Source: Eledone cirrhosa
Taxonomy: Eukaryota
Reading direction: 5' to 3'
Assembly (NCBI GenBank): GCA_964016885.1
Contig: OZ024755.1
Span: 36,022,001 to 36,086,000 of the forward strand
DNA length: 64,000 bases
In this document: one piece after another, positions 27,150 through 41,215 of the stretch
How the letters are laid out: every line of letters starts with the position of its first letter
How positions within the stretch are numbered: position 1 is the stretch's first letter
The notes under the pieces: generated by a model
The model's input: the letters and a program-made list of their open reading frames with translations, nothing else
Databases searched by the model: none
Told to the model about the DNA's origin: nothing
Position numbers and translations under genes: made by a program

Positions 27150-28632
27150 CTACTACCACCACTACTACCACCACTACCACTACTACCACTTCTACTACCA
27201 CCCCCACCACTACCACCACTACTACCACTACTACCACAACCCCCGCCACTACCACCACTACTACCACCACCCCCACCACTACTACTACTACTACCACTAC
27301 TACAACCCCCACCACTACCACCACTACTACCACTACTACTACTACTACTACTACCACTACTACAACCCCCGCCACTACCACCACTACTACCACTACTACT
27401 ACCACCCCCACCACTACTACTACTACTACTACCACTACTACAACCCCCGCCACTACCACCACTACTACCACTACTACTACTACAACCCCCGCCACTACCA
27501 CCACTACTACCACTACTACACCACCCCCACCACTACTACTACTACTACTACTACCACTACTACAACCCCCACCACTACCACCACTACTACTACAACCCCC
27601 ACCACTACCACCACTACTACCACCACCCCCACCACTACTACTACCCCCACCACTACCACCACTACTACCACTACTACTACTACCACCACTACTACCACTA
27701 CTACTACTACCACCACTACTACCACTACTACTACTACTACCACTACTACAACCCCCACCACTACTACAACCCCCGCCACTACCACCACTACTACAACCCC
27801 CACCACTACCACCACTACTACAACCCCCGCCACTACCACCACTACTACAACCCCCACCACTACCACCACTACTACAACCCCCACCACTACCACCACTACT
27901 ACAACCCCCACCACTACCACCACTACTACAACCCCCGCCACTACCACCACTACTACAACCCCCACCACTACCACCACTACTACAACCCCCACCACTACCA
28001 CCACTACTACAACCCCCACCACTACCACCACTACTACAACCCCCGCCACTACCACCACTACTACAACCCCCACCACTACCACCACTACTACAACCCCCAC
28101 CACTACCACCACTACTACAACCCCCACCACTACCACCACTACTACAACCCCCGCCACTACCACCACTACTACAACCCCCACCACTACCACCACTACTACA
28201 ACCCCCGCCACTACCACCACTACTACAACCCCCACCACTACCACCACTACTACAACCCCCACTACTACAACCCCCACCACTACCACCACTACTACAACCC
28301 CCACCACTACCACCACTACTACAACCCCCGCCACTACCACCACTACTACAACCACTACTACAACCCCCACCACTACCACCACTACTACAACCCCCACCAC
28401 TACCACCACTACTACAACCCCCACCACTACCACCACTACTACAACCCCCACCACTACCACCACTACTACAACCCCCACCACTACCACCACTACTACAACC
28501 CCCACCACTACCACCACTACTACAACCCCCACCACTACCACCACTACTACAACCCCCACCACTACCACCACTACTACAACCCCCACCACCACTACAACCC
28601 CCGCCACTACCACCACTACTACCACTACCACT
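27150..28632 (+). repeat. (ACC/ACT)n array with a 27-bp higher-order unit
   Basis: 9-codon period (LQPPPLPPL) built from ACC/ACT triplets plus ACAACCCCC. Confidence 0.95.
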
Positions 28633-28834
28633 ATATATTTGATGTATACAATCAAGAAATAAAGCAGCCACCACACAAGAAATGTAATCTATACAATTGA
28701 ACATGAGATCGACAAAAAAGCTGTGCCCCACCCTCTGGATACTACTGAAGGAGCCAGGGAATCTGGATACCTGGTAGAAGTAGAGATGAGATAAAAGCTG
28801 GGATCACAACAGCTGTTGGTGTTGTGGGAGGGGG

Positions 28835-30110
28835 TGGATGATGAGGGGGTTAGGTGGTGAAGGTGGTGGTGGTGATGGTGGTGATGGTGATGGTGGTGGT
28901 GAGGGTGGTGATGATGGTAGTGGTGGTGGTGGTGGTGGTGGTGGTGGTGATGATGGTGGTGAGGATAATGGTGATGGTGGTGGTGATGGAGCTGGTGATG
29001 ATGGTGGTGGTGATGATGGTGGTGGTGATGGTCGTGATGGTGGTGGCGGTGATGGAGGTAGTGGTGGTGAGGAGGATGATGGTGGTGGCGAGGAGGATGG
29101 TGGTGGTGATGATGGTGGTGGTGGTGGTGATGATGGAGGTGGTGATGGTCGTGGTGGTGGTGATGGAGGTAGTGGTGGTGAGGATGATGGTGGTGGTGGT
29201 GGTGGTGGTGATGATGGTGGTGGTGGTGGTGGTGATGGTGATGATGGTGGTGATGATGATGATCATGGTGGTGGAGGTGAGGATGAGATGATGATGGTGG
29301 TGGTGGTGACAGTAATAATGGCAATGATGGTATGAGCAAGACAAGGTGAGCCAGACTGGACATGGCCCACAACTGGACAACCCGTCTAACCCATGCTAGC
29401 GTGGAAGAATGGACGTAAAACTGTGATGATGGTGGTGGTGGTGGTGGTGGTGACAGTGATGGTGGTGATGGTGGTGGTGATGATGATGGTGACGGTGGTG
29501 ATGGTGGTGACGGTGGTGATGGTGGTGGTGGTGGAGGTGATGGTGGTGGTGATGATGGTGATGGTGGTGGTGATGATGATGGTGGTAATGGTGGTGATGG
29601 CAGTGGTGATGATGGTGACGGTGGTGATGGTGGTGGTGGTGGAGGTGATGGTGGTGGTGATGATGGTGATGGTGGTGGTGATGATGATGGTGGTAATGGT
29701 GGTGGTGGTGGTGGTGATGATGGTGGCGGTGGTGATGATGGTGGTGGTGATGATGGTGGTGACGGTGGTGATGGTGGTGGTGGTGGTGGAGGTGATGGTG
29801 GTGGTGATGATGGTGATGGTGGTGGTGGTGGTGATGGTGGTGATGATGGTGGTGGTGGTGGTGGTAGTGATGGTGGTAGTGGTGGTGATGATGATGGTGG
29901 TGATGGTGGTGGTGGTGGTGATGATGGTGGCGGCAGTGGTGGTGATGATGATGGTGGTGGGGGTGATGATGGTGGTGGCGGTGATGATGGTGGTGGTGGT
30001 GGTGATGGCAGTGGTGATGATGGTGATGATGGTGGTGCTGGTAGTGATGGTGGTGGTGATGATGGTGGTGGAGGTGGTTATGGGTGTGGTGGTGATGGTG
30101 GTGACAACCA
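28835..30110 (+). repeat. (GGT/GAT)n trinucleotide arrays with a short LINE tail at 29330-29430
   Basis: Direct inspection. Confidence 0.9.
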
Positions 30111-30267
30111 CAACCACCACCATCAGGACAACTGATAGGGGCTTTAAAAGACAGTACAAATACAATAACAAAGTTATATTGCAAAAACCACTCTGTTATT
30201 TGAAGTGGTGGAAACATATGTCACATCCCCACCTCCTCTGTCACATTTCCCTGCAAAGCCAGCAGAA

Positions 30268-30865
<598 letters not shown>

Positions 30866-31009
30866 ATTCTTTGCACAGCAAAGATAGATAACAGAAGATG
30901 GTTATACCTCTTAAAATCACATTGGATGATATGGTTTCTTGCTACATCAAACAGAATGTCAAAAATAAACAAACAGAACAAAATGAAACAAGAGTGCAGA
31001 ATCTCTACG

Positions 31010-31018
31010 AACCAGTTG

Positions 31019-31067
<49 letters not shown>

Positions 31068-31245
31068 TGAGTTGATATATGTGTGTGTGTGTGTGTGTAT
31101 GTACTTCTGTCAGTTGATATATGTATGTGTGTGTGTGTGTACTTCTGTCAGTTGATATATGTATGTGTATGTGTGTGTACTTCTGTCAGTTGATATATGT
31201 ATGTGTATGTGTGTGTACTTCTGTCAGTTGATATATGTATGTGTA

Positions 31246-31277
<32 letters not shown>

Positions 31278-32003
31278 TCAGTTGATATATGTATGTGTAT
31301 GTGTGTGTGTGTGTGTGTACTTCTGTCAGTTGATATATGTATGTGTGTGTGTGTGTGTGTGTACTTCTGTCAGTTGATATATGTATGTGTGTGTATACTT
31401 CTGTCAGTTGATATATGTATGTGTATGTGTGTGTACTTCTGTCAGTTGATATATGTATGTGTATGTGTGTGTACTTCTGTCAGTTGATATGTGTATGTGT
31501 ATGTGTGTGTACTTCTGTCAGTTGATATATGTATGTGTATGTGTGTGTACTTCTGTCAGTTGATATATGTATGTGTATGTGTGTGTACTTCTGTCAGTTG
31601 ATATATGTATGTGTATGTGTGTGTACTTCTGTCAGTTGATATATGTATGTGTGTGTGTGTGTACTTCTGTCAGTTGATATATGTATGTGTATGTGTGTGT
31701 ACTTCTGTCAGTTGATATATGTATGTGTGTGTACTTCTGTCAGTTGATATATGTGTGTGTACTTCTGTCAGTTGATATATGTATGTGTGTGTGTACTTCT
31801 GTCAGTTGATATATGTATGTGTGTGTACTTCTGTAAGTTGATATATGTATGTGTGTGTGTACTTCTGTAAGTTGATATATGTATGTGTGTGTGTGTACTT
31901 CTTTAAGTTGATATATGTGTGTGTGTGCGTGTACTTCTGTCAGTTGATATATGTATGTGTGTGTGTATGTGTGTGTACTTCTGTCAGTTGATATATGTAT
32001 GTA

Positions 32004-32035
<32 letters not shown>

Positions 32036-33840
32036 TGTGTGTGTGTGTACTTATGTCAGTTGATATATGTATGTGTGTGTACTTCCGTCAGTTGATATAT
32101 GTATGTGTGTGTGTGTACTTCTTTAAGTTGATATATGTATGTGTGTGTGTGTACTTCTTTAAGTTGATATATGTATGTGTGTGTACTTCTGTAAGTTGAT
32201 ATATGTATGTGTGTGTGTGTACTTCTGTAAGTTGATATATGTATGTGTGTGTGTGTACTTCTGTAAGTTGATATATGTATGTGTGTGTGTGTACTTCTGT
32301 AAGTTGATATATGTATGTGTGTGTACTTCTATCAGTTGATATATGTATGTGTGTGTGTACTTCTGTCAGTTGATATATGTATGTGTGTGTGTACTTCTGT
32401 CAGTTGATATATGTATGTGTGTGTGTACTTCTGTCAGTTGATATATGTATGTGTATGTGTGTGTACTTCTGTCAGTTGATATATGTGTGTGTGTGTACTT
32501 CTGTCAGTTGATATATGTATGTGTGTGTGTACTTCTGTAAGTTGATATATGTATGTGTTGTGTGTGTGTGCGCGTGTACTTCTGTCAGTTGATATATGTA
32601 TGTGTGTGTGTATGTGTGTGTACTTCTGTCAGTTGATATATGTATGTGTGTGTGTGTGTACTTCTGTCAGTTGTTATATGTATGTGTGTGTGTATGTGTG
32701 TGTACTTCTGTCAGTTGTTATATGTATGTGTGTGTACTTCTGTCAGTTGATATATGTATGTGTGTGTACTTATGTCAGTTGATATATGTATGTGTGTGTA
32801 CTTCTGTCAGTTGATATATGTATGTGTGTGTGTGTGTACTTCTGTCAGTTGATATATGTATGTCAGTAGGCATCTCTATCAAAACACCCCCCCGTCCCAC
32901 CACCTCCACCCCATCCACACCGCCCCTTTCAATGTACAGTTATGTTGGTCCCACAACATCCAGGCCGAAACAAATGAGATCGTGTAGGTGTCACGACAAA
33001 AAAACACACAGTCCACGCTGTAAATGTGGCCGTGTAGGCAACACGGTAAAAACCTCCCAGCCCCACACTGTAAATGTGGTTGGTGTTAGGAAGGGCATCC
33101 AGCTGTAGAAAACCCGCCAGACAGTCCACGCTGTAATGTGGCCGTGTAGGCAACACGGTAAAAAACCTCCCAGCCCCACACTGTAAATGTGGTTGGTGTT
33201 AGGAAGGGCATCCAACTGTAGAAAACCCGCCAGACAGTCCTATGCGAGCAAGACAACCACTCTTGCCTCAAGTGGGAAAACCCCCGTCCAAACCCATGCA
33301 AGCGTGGAACACGGACGCTAAAATTGATGATGATGATGATGATGATGATGTGTGTGTACTTCTATCAGTTGATATATGTATATGTGTGTGTGTGTGTACT
33401 TCTGTAAGTTGATATATGTATGTGTGTGTGTGTACTTCTGTCAGTTGATATATGTATGTGTGTGTACTTCTATCAGTTGATATATGTATATGTGTGTGTG
33501 TGTACTTCTGTCAGTTGAAATATGTATGTGTGTGTGTGTACTTCTGTCAGTTGATACATGTATGTGTGTGTGTGTACTTCTGTCAGTTGATATATGTATG
33601 TGTGTGTGTGTACTTCTGTCAATTGATATATGTATGTGTGTGTACTTCTATCAGTTGATATATGTATATGTGTGTGTGTGTACTTCTGTAAGTTGATATA
33701 TGTATGTGTGTACTTCTGTAAGTTGATATATGTATATGTGTGTACTTCTGTCAGTTGATATATGTGTGTGTGTGTACTTCTGTCAGTTGTTATATGTATG
33801 TGTGTGTACTTCTATCAGTTGATATATGTGTGTGTGTGTA
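31010..33840 (+). repeat. Compound minisatellite GTACTTCTGTCAGTTGATATATGTAT(GT)n
   Basis: Constant core with a variable GT spacer; interrupted by a LINE 3' fragment. Confidence 0.9.
32862..33349 (+). mobile_element. RTE LINE 3' UTR fragment
   Basis: Matches 61288-61770, which directly follows the ORF2 stop; (ATG)n tail. Confidence 0.75.
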
Positions 33841-33866
33841 CAGACTTGCAATTCCATGACCATCTC

Positions 33867-33923
<57 letters not shown>

Positions 33924-34079
33924 ATGTGTGTGTGTATATATATATACTCACACATATATATATATACACATACATATAAAAATACATATACATATATGTA
34001 TATATATATAAAAATACATATATATATATATATATGTTCATATATGTGTGTGTGTGTGTGTAAAAAAATTAAAAGAAAC

Positions 34080-34117
<38 letters not shown>

Positions 34118-34328
34118 AGATGTATATAAACATACACACACATCTTTGTTTTTAATTGATTTCTTTTTGTCAAACGACTAGAGACAGAAAGTCAGACACA
34201 AATGTAAAGAAACACACAGATACACACAGTAACACGTGCACACATACACACATGCACATCCGCATTCATGCTCACACACACACAAATGTACTCTGTGTCC
34301 GGTTGGTTCCACAACCAGATGGTTGTTT

Positions 34329-35212
34329 ATCATCATCATCATCATCATCATCAGGTTTAGCGTCCGTGTTCCACGCTTGCATGGGTTTGGACGGGGGTTT
34401 TCCCACTTGAGGCAAGAGTGGTTGTCTTGCTCGCATAGGACTGTCTGGCAGGTTTTCTACAGTTGGATGCCCTTCCTAACACCAACCACATTTACAGTGT
34501 GGGTCTGGGAGGTTTTTACCGTGTTGCCTACACGGCCACATTACAGCGTGGACTGTCTGGCGGGTTTTCTACAGCTGGATGCCCTTCCTAACACCAACCT
34601 CATTTACAGTGTGGAACTGGGAGGTTTTTACAGTGTTACCTACACGACCACATTACAGCGTGGACTGTCTGGCGGGTTTTCTACAGCTGGATGCCCTTCC
34701 TAACACCAACCTCATTTACAGTGAGGGTCTGGGAGGTTTTTACCGTGTTGCCTACACGGCCACATTACAGCGTGGACTGTCTGGCGGGTTTTCTACAGCT
34801 GGATGCCCTTCCTAACACCAACCTCATTTACAGTGAGGGTCTGGGAGGTTTTTACCGTGTTGCCTACACGGCCACATTACAGCGTGGACTGTCTGGCGGG
34901 TTTTCTACAGCTGGATGCCCTTCCTAACACCAACCACATTTACAGTGTGGGTCTGGGAGGTTTTTACCGTGTTGCCTACACGGCCACATTACAGCGTGGA
35001 CTGTGTGTTTTTTTTGTCGTGACACCTACACGATCTCATTTGTTTCGGCCTCGATGGTGTGGCACCAACATAACTTTACATTGAAAGGGGCGGTGTGGAT
35101 GGGGTGGGGGTGGTGGGACGGGGGTGTATTTTGTTAGAGATGCCTACTGACTGTAGTAGGTTTTACTTTGTATTTAGGTAAGGCGGGTCTTCTCTATTAC
35201 TGAGTACCGCCA
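34329..35212 (-). mobile_element. RTE LINE 3' end with a 112-bp internal tandem repeat (~5 copies)
   Basis: Reverse complement of 61288-61770; period 112 (34579, 34691, 34803). Confidence 0.8.
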
Positions 35213-35218
35213 AATATT

Positions 35219-35261
35219 GTCAAAGTTCTTTCGTCACACATTCTGTGACCTCTTCAGTGAC
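35219..35261 (-). ncRNA. Candidate minimal hammerhead ribozyme (copy of 9407-9449)
   Basis: Same core and stems as 9407-9449. Confidence 0.55.
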
Positions 35262-35283
35262 TGGAAATATTTATATATGGATA

Positions 35284-35334
<51 letters not shown>

Positions 35335-35980
35335 TAGCTGGCCCGTCCGGCTGGCGCCCGGCTAGGTGTACCGGCATTTTATCTTTTCAGGATTGATACC
35401 GAACGCCCTCTCAAGTCACCGAAAGGGGGGGGGGGGGTTAACGTGCTCTGATGTTGGGTTTGAATAGTTTTTAGGATTCCCCAGTTCAGCAGCCAGTACG
35501 TTAAAGAAAATTGATAGTTACAACAATAAAGGCTGAACAGAGAACAAATCTTTTAACAAACAATAATTTGAACAACCATAATGGAAATTCCAAGTAACAG
35601 AAAATACATAAATTACATTGTTAGAGACTCAGAGTATAAGATATTTTTTGTTCGGCCCTCGGGAGCAAAGATGAAGAGATTGTTTGGCGAGCTCACCCTA
35701 GAGCATCCTATATACAATTGACCATGGTTTTCGCAGCTGAAGGCCAGCCACTTTTAGGGTTTGACTCTGAGCTTTGTTGATGGTAATCGCAAAACTTAGT
35801 CTATCTGTTGCTCTAGTAACATTTTATCTTCTGGAAACTCTGATCTTGCGGCCAGGCTGGGACTTTTTGGGTGGCATATCGGCAGTAACAATGACGATAA
35901 ACCGTCTGTGCTTTCGTGAAATAAATATGTTTGTTTATATTTTGTTTTTGTGTATGCAAAAATATCTGTACACGAATATA

Positions 35981-36021
<41 letters not shown>

Positions 36022-36028
<7 letters not shown>

Positions 36029-36190
36029 CAAGGTTTAGCAAATAAGAAAAAGTTTCAAAATAAATTTCAAAAAATTCACTGTATTCACTATGGTTACCTT
36101 TACCAAAGTGAGGTAACCATAGTGAGTACAGTGAATTTTTTGAAATTTATTTTGAAACTTTTTCTTATTTGCTAAACCTTGATTATATAT
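36022..36190. repeat. Foldback inverted repeat with ~78-bp arms and an 11-bp spacer
   Basis: 36022-36099 is the reverse complement of 36111-36190; abuts (TA)n. Confidence 0.9.
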
Positions 36191-36300
36191 GTTCTGGCTT
36201 GTTAATTTATTAACCTGCCATTGAACCACTTTGGCATATGGTTGGAAATACATGTGTCCCTGGACGGTTTTTGCATGTAGGGATATATACTTTATTATAT

Positions 36301-36708
36301 ATCATCATCATCATCATCATCATCGTTTAACGTCCATGTTCCACGCTTGCATGGGTTTGGACAGGAGTTTTCCCACTTGAGGCAAGAGTGGTTGTCATTG
36401 CTCGCATAGGACTGTCTGGCGGGTTTTCTACAGCTGGATGCCCTTCCTAACACCAACCACATTTACAGTGTGGGGCTGGGAGGTTTTTACCGTGTTGCCT
36501 ACACGGCCACATTACAGCGTGGACTGTGTGTTTTTTTGTCGTGACACCTACACGATCTCATTTGGCACCAACATAACTTTACATTGAAAGGGGCGGTGTA
36601 GATGGGGTGGGGGAGGTGGGACGGGGGTGTATTTTGTTAGAGATGCCTACTGGCTGTAGTAGGTTTTACTTTGTATGTAGGTAAGGCGGGTCTTCTCTAT
36701 TACTGAGT
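36301..36708 (-). mobile_element. RTE LINE 3' end fragment
   Basis: Reverse complement of 61330-61770. Confidence 0.75.
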
Positions 36709-37461
36709 ATATATATATATATGAATATATTAAAATAACAGATTAAAGTTTAAGCAAAGAATTGCTGCTTTCACACTTAATGGGATCCTCTGAAACTAAA
36801 AAAATCAATCTGTGAATGCAGAAGTAAATATTTCGAAAAACATTGCAACCGAAGCACAACAGGAAGATGATACTTTGGTTCATGAAGACAGACAGATATT
36901 ATAAGCGTGCGACATTATAGCTATGTATCTAATGTAGACAGCCAGACATATAAGGGCGCGATGTTATAGCTATGTATCTATCTAAAAAGATAGACTAAGA
37001 AAGAGAGAGGAATGTTGTGCGATGTCTTAGCTATGTATCTAATGTAGACAGCCAGACATATAAGGGCGCAATGTTATAGCTATGTATCTATCTAAAAAGA
37101 TAGACTAAGAAAGAGAGAGGAATGTTGTGCGATGTCATAGCTATGTATCTAATGCAAACAGCCAGACATACAGAGACATATTATAAGGGTGCGTCGTTAT
37201 AGCTGTGTATCCATCTAAAAAGACAGACTAAGAAAGAGAGAGGAATGTTGTATAACCGAAAGTGTTGACATTTGAACATTTTAAAGAAGTGAATATTTAA
37301 ATAAACGATAAGATATCTTTAAACTTTTAACGAAATTTAGAAGACAAAAATAACCTCACTTTCTTACTTGGAAAAAGTTGCATCTATGGTGCAAATTTGG
37401 TGCTTTTTGGCCCAGCCGTTTGGCGAAATGTTTGTTACATACATACGGCCGTCAGTTTTAT

Positions 37462-37507
<46 letters not shown>

Positions 37508-37581
37508 TATACTGCTAGCTTAGTTCGGATCTAGCTGTTGAAACTGCAGGAGCTCAGCCGTCGGGGCCCTGACTCTTTTCT

Positions 37582-37604
<23 letters not shown>

Positions 37605-37613
<9 letters not shown>

Positions 37614-37914
37614 TACAAATATTAATAAAATAGATGTTCTTTTGATCAATTACATTTTATTATACATATTTTGGATGTACAACAGTACGTCCTCATCAGA
37701 CAAAATATGATACATGACATACCCTGAGATGTTAAATGGTTAAGATTTAATCAAATCTATCTTGATTAAATATTAACCATTTAACATCTGAGGGTATGTC
37801 GTGTATCATTATATTTTGTCTGATGAGGACGTACTGTTGTACATCCGAAATATGTATAATAAAATGTAATTGATCAAAAGAACATCTATTTTATTAATAT
37901 TTATATTCTAATAT
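37605..37914. repeat. ~150-bp-arm palindrome carrying hammerhead motifs
   Basis: Arms 37605-37754 and 37762-37914, loop ATCTATC. Confidence 0.9.
37808..37870 (+). ncRNA. Type I hammerhead ribozyme candidate
   Basis: AUUAUAUUUUGU CUGAUGA GGAcGUAC uguu GUACaUCC GAAA U AUGU A UA AUAAAAUGUAAU; 12-bp stem I and G-C closure of stem II. Confidence 0.7.
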
Positions 37915-38008
37915 TAATAACTCTGGAAAATTATTTTCCATAGAGTGCTTCCAATCTACTGTAAAATTCATTCTTTGATATACTCACTGAATTTTGTTTA
38001 ACTCTTTA

Positions 38009-38079
<71 letters not shown>

Positions 38080-38306
38080 AGAGAGAGTGGGAGAGAGAGA
38101 GAGAGAGAGGTAACTCCCAACCACAGCACCAAGCAGTTTCAGCTTGTTTTTCGCAAACCTCTCAATGGTGTAATACCAAATATATAAATATATATATATA
38201 TACACACACACATATACATATGACCATACATATATATATAACCTTTCTATATAACAGTCATAATTTTTGTACAGTAATGGAAGTTGTTTGCCATGTGTCA
38301 AGGCAA

Positions 38307-38344
<38 letters not shown>

Positions 38345-38559
38345 GATGACATTCTCATCAATATTTTATCCCTCATACAGTTCCTCTCTTCCTATCTTGT
38401 GCACACTACACACACCACACACACACACGCTTCTTTCCCAAGACACAGAGAAGAAAGAAGGGAGATACCATGGTATCGCTTTTACACACAGACTTCCTCT
38501 TGTTGCTCACTTATTTGCAGTGAGAAATCTATTTCCAACTGATGTCTCTTGTGCTGGAG

Positions 38560-39030
38560 ATAACTACAGTGCCTGTGTGCCCAGGAGACAATTTCCGGTT
38601 GCCATCATAGAATGGCGCTATTTCTGATACAAATTTAAAATTTAAAAACCTGATAAGTACCTGAAATCTTATGAATTTGTTCCACTTTTTCTGTTATCAA
38701 ATGTTGCTTCTTAGAACGCTCTCAGAATAATTAATGTAGTCTTAAAGGAGATAATGAGAACTGCAGAAACATTCAAAGACAAAGCTCTACTTCTTGAAGA
38801 TGATTTCCATCAAACAGTGAAAGTGATTTCAAGAGTGTTAGATGCTGATATCACAGAATGGTGGATCCAGCGGCCAGTCACCGCGAAGGTGATATGTGAT
38901 AAAAATTAAATTTTATCAGCAACATGACACCAGTGGGGTATGATGAATTTTCTACATGGCTTCTTAGAATTGGAAATGGAACTCTCCAACATAATGTGAA
39001 GATGGGTACCAATATTATAAAAGTTCCTTC
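38560..39030 (+). pseudogene. Helitron RepHel / PIF1-like helicase fossil, 5' part
   Basis: ALRIINVVLKEIMRTAETFKDKALLLEDDFHQTVKVI resembles the PFGGK..L.GDFRQ.LPV motif; [13 protein letters not shown] follows; stops and frameshifts present. Confidence 0.7.
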
Positions 39031-39394
39031 TGATATGGTTGTACAGGGGAATATATAGTGTATATATGGTATATATATGGTATATATGGTTGTACAGGGG
39101 AATATATAGTGTATATATGGTATATATATGGTATATATGGTTGTACAGGGGAATATATAGTGTATATATGGTATATATATGGTATATATGGTTGTACAGG
39201 GGAATATATAGTGTATATATATATATATGGTATATATGGTTGTACAGGGGAATATATAGTGTATATATGGTATATATGGTTGTACAGGGGAATATATAGT
39301 GTATATATGGTATATATGGTTGTACAGGGGAATATATAGTGTATATATATATATATATATATATGGTATATATGGTTGTACAGGGGAATATATA

Positions 39395-39440
<46 letters not shown>

Positions 39441-39684
39441 TTGTACAGGGAGATATATAGTGTATATATGGTATATATGGTTGTACAGTGGAATATATAG
39501 TGTATATATGGTATATATGGTATATATGGTTGTACAGGGGAATATATAGTGTATATATATATGGTATATATGGTTGTACAGGGGAATATATAGTGTATAT
39601 ATATATATATATATGGTATATATGGTTGTACAGGGGAATATATAGTGTATATATGGTATATATGGTTGTACAGGGGAATATATA

Positions 39685-39746
<62 letters not shown>

Positions 39747-39837
39747 GGTTGTACAGGGAGATATATAGTGTATATATGGTATATATGGTTGTACAGTGGA
39801 ATATATAGTGTATATATGGTATATATATATGGTATAT

Positions 39838-40025
39838 AATAATAATGATAATAATAATGAAATTATTGTGTAAAGTGCTCAGGTGCACTACAACTCGTCA
39901 ATATAGTACATAGAATAATACACAAATGCCAGGGAAGTACATGTGTGTATGTGTTAGCTGTAGTGTTGGCGGATCTCGGGAAGCATGGAGGCCTTAAAGG
40001 ATGCAGTGTCTCGACAGCTAACAAT
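39838..40025 (-). mobile_element. Possible LINE 3' end with a (TTA)n tail
   Basis: Unique insert in the satellite ending in a TTA-rich tail on the minus strand; family unclear. Confidence 0.35.
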
Positions 40026-41215
40026 ATGGTTGTACAGGGGAATATATAGTGTATATATGGTATATATGGTTGTACAGGGGAATATATAGTGTATATATAG
40101 TGTATATATGGTATATATGGTTGTACAGTGGAATATATAGTGTATATATGGTATATATGGTTGTACAGTGGAATATATAGTGTATATATGGTATATATGG
40201 TTGTACAGTGGAATATATAGTGTATATATGGTATATATGGTTGTACAGTGGAATATATAGTGTATATATGGTATATATGGTTGTACAGGGGAATATATAG
40301 TGTATATATGGTATATATGGTTGTACAGTGGAATATATAGTGTATATATGGTATATATGGTATATATGGTTGTACAGGGGAATATATAGTGTATATATGG
40401 TATATATGGTATATATGGTTGTACAGGGGAATATATAGTGTATATATGGTATATATGGTATATATGGTTGTACAGGGGAATATATAGTGTATATATGGTA
40501 TATATGGTATATATGGTTGTACAGTGGAATATATAGTGTATATATGGTATATATGGTATATATGGTTGTACAGGGGAATATATAGTGTATATATGGTATA
40601 TATGGTATATATGGTTGTACAGGGGAATATATCGTGTATATATATATATATATATATGGTATATATGGTTGTACAGGGGAATATATAGTGTATATATGGT
40701 GTATATATGGTATATATGGTTGTACAGGGGAATATATAGTGTATATATATATGGTATATATATATATATGGTATATATGGTTGTACAGGGAAATATATAG
40801 TGTATATATATATATATATGGTATATATGGTTGTACAGGGGAATATATAGTGTATATATATATATATATGGTATATATGGTTGTACAGGGGAGTATATAT
40901 GGTATATATTATATATATGGTTGTACAGGGGAAAATATAGTGTATATATGGTATATATATGGTATATATGGTTGTACAGGGGTATATATAGTGTATATAT
41001 ATATATATATATATGGTATATATGGTTGTACAGGGGTATATATAGTGTATATATGGTATATATGGTTGTACAGGGGTATATATGGTATATATATATGGTA
41101 TATATGGTTGTACAGGGGAATATATAGTGTATATATATGGTATATATGGTTGTACAGAAGTATATATAGTGTATATATGGTTGTACAGGTGTATATATGG
41201 TTTATATAGGATATA

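Larger units (their letters stand above)
35333..37465 (+). mobile_element. Probable Lep1-like non-autonomous Helitron/Helentron with nested insertions and a 110-bp internal tandem repeat (36890-37250)
   Basis: 5' TACTAGC-GC-rich hairpin start; 3' GCAAATTTGG...CAGCCGTTTGG...ACATACATAC...TTTTATAGTATA; whether both ends belong to one element is inferred. Confidence 0.4.

Noticed and set aside
31010-33840. CRISPR-like look of a constant core with variable spacers
   Set aside because: The spacers are only (GT)n length variants, there are no cas genes and the context is eukaryotic
38126-38171. Minus-strand hammerhead-like fold with a CACCA/TGGTG stem
   Set aside because: Core and stem III are too degenerate to call
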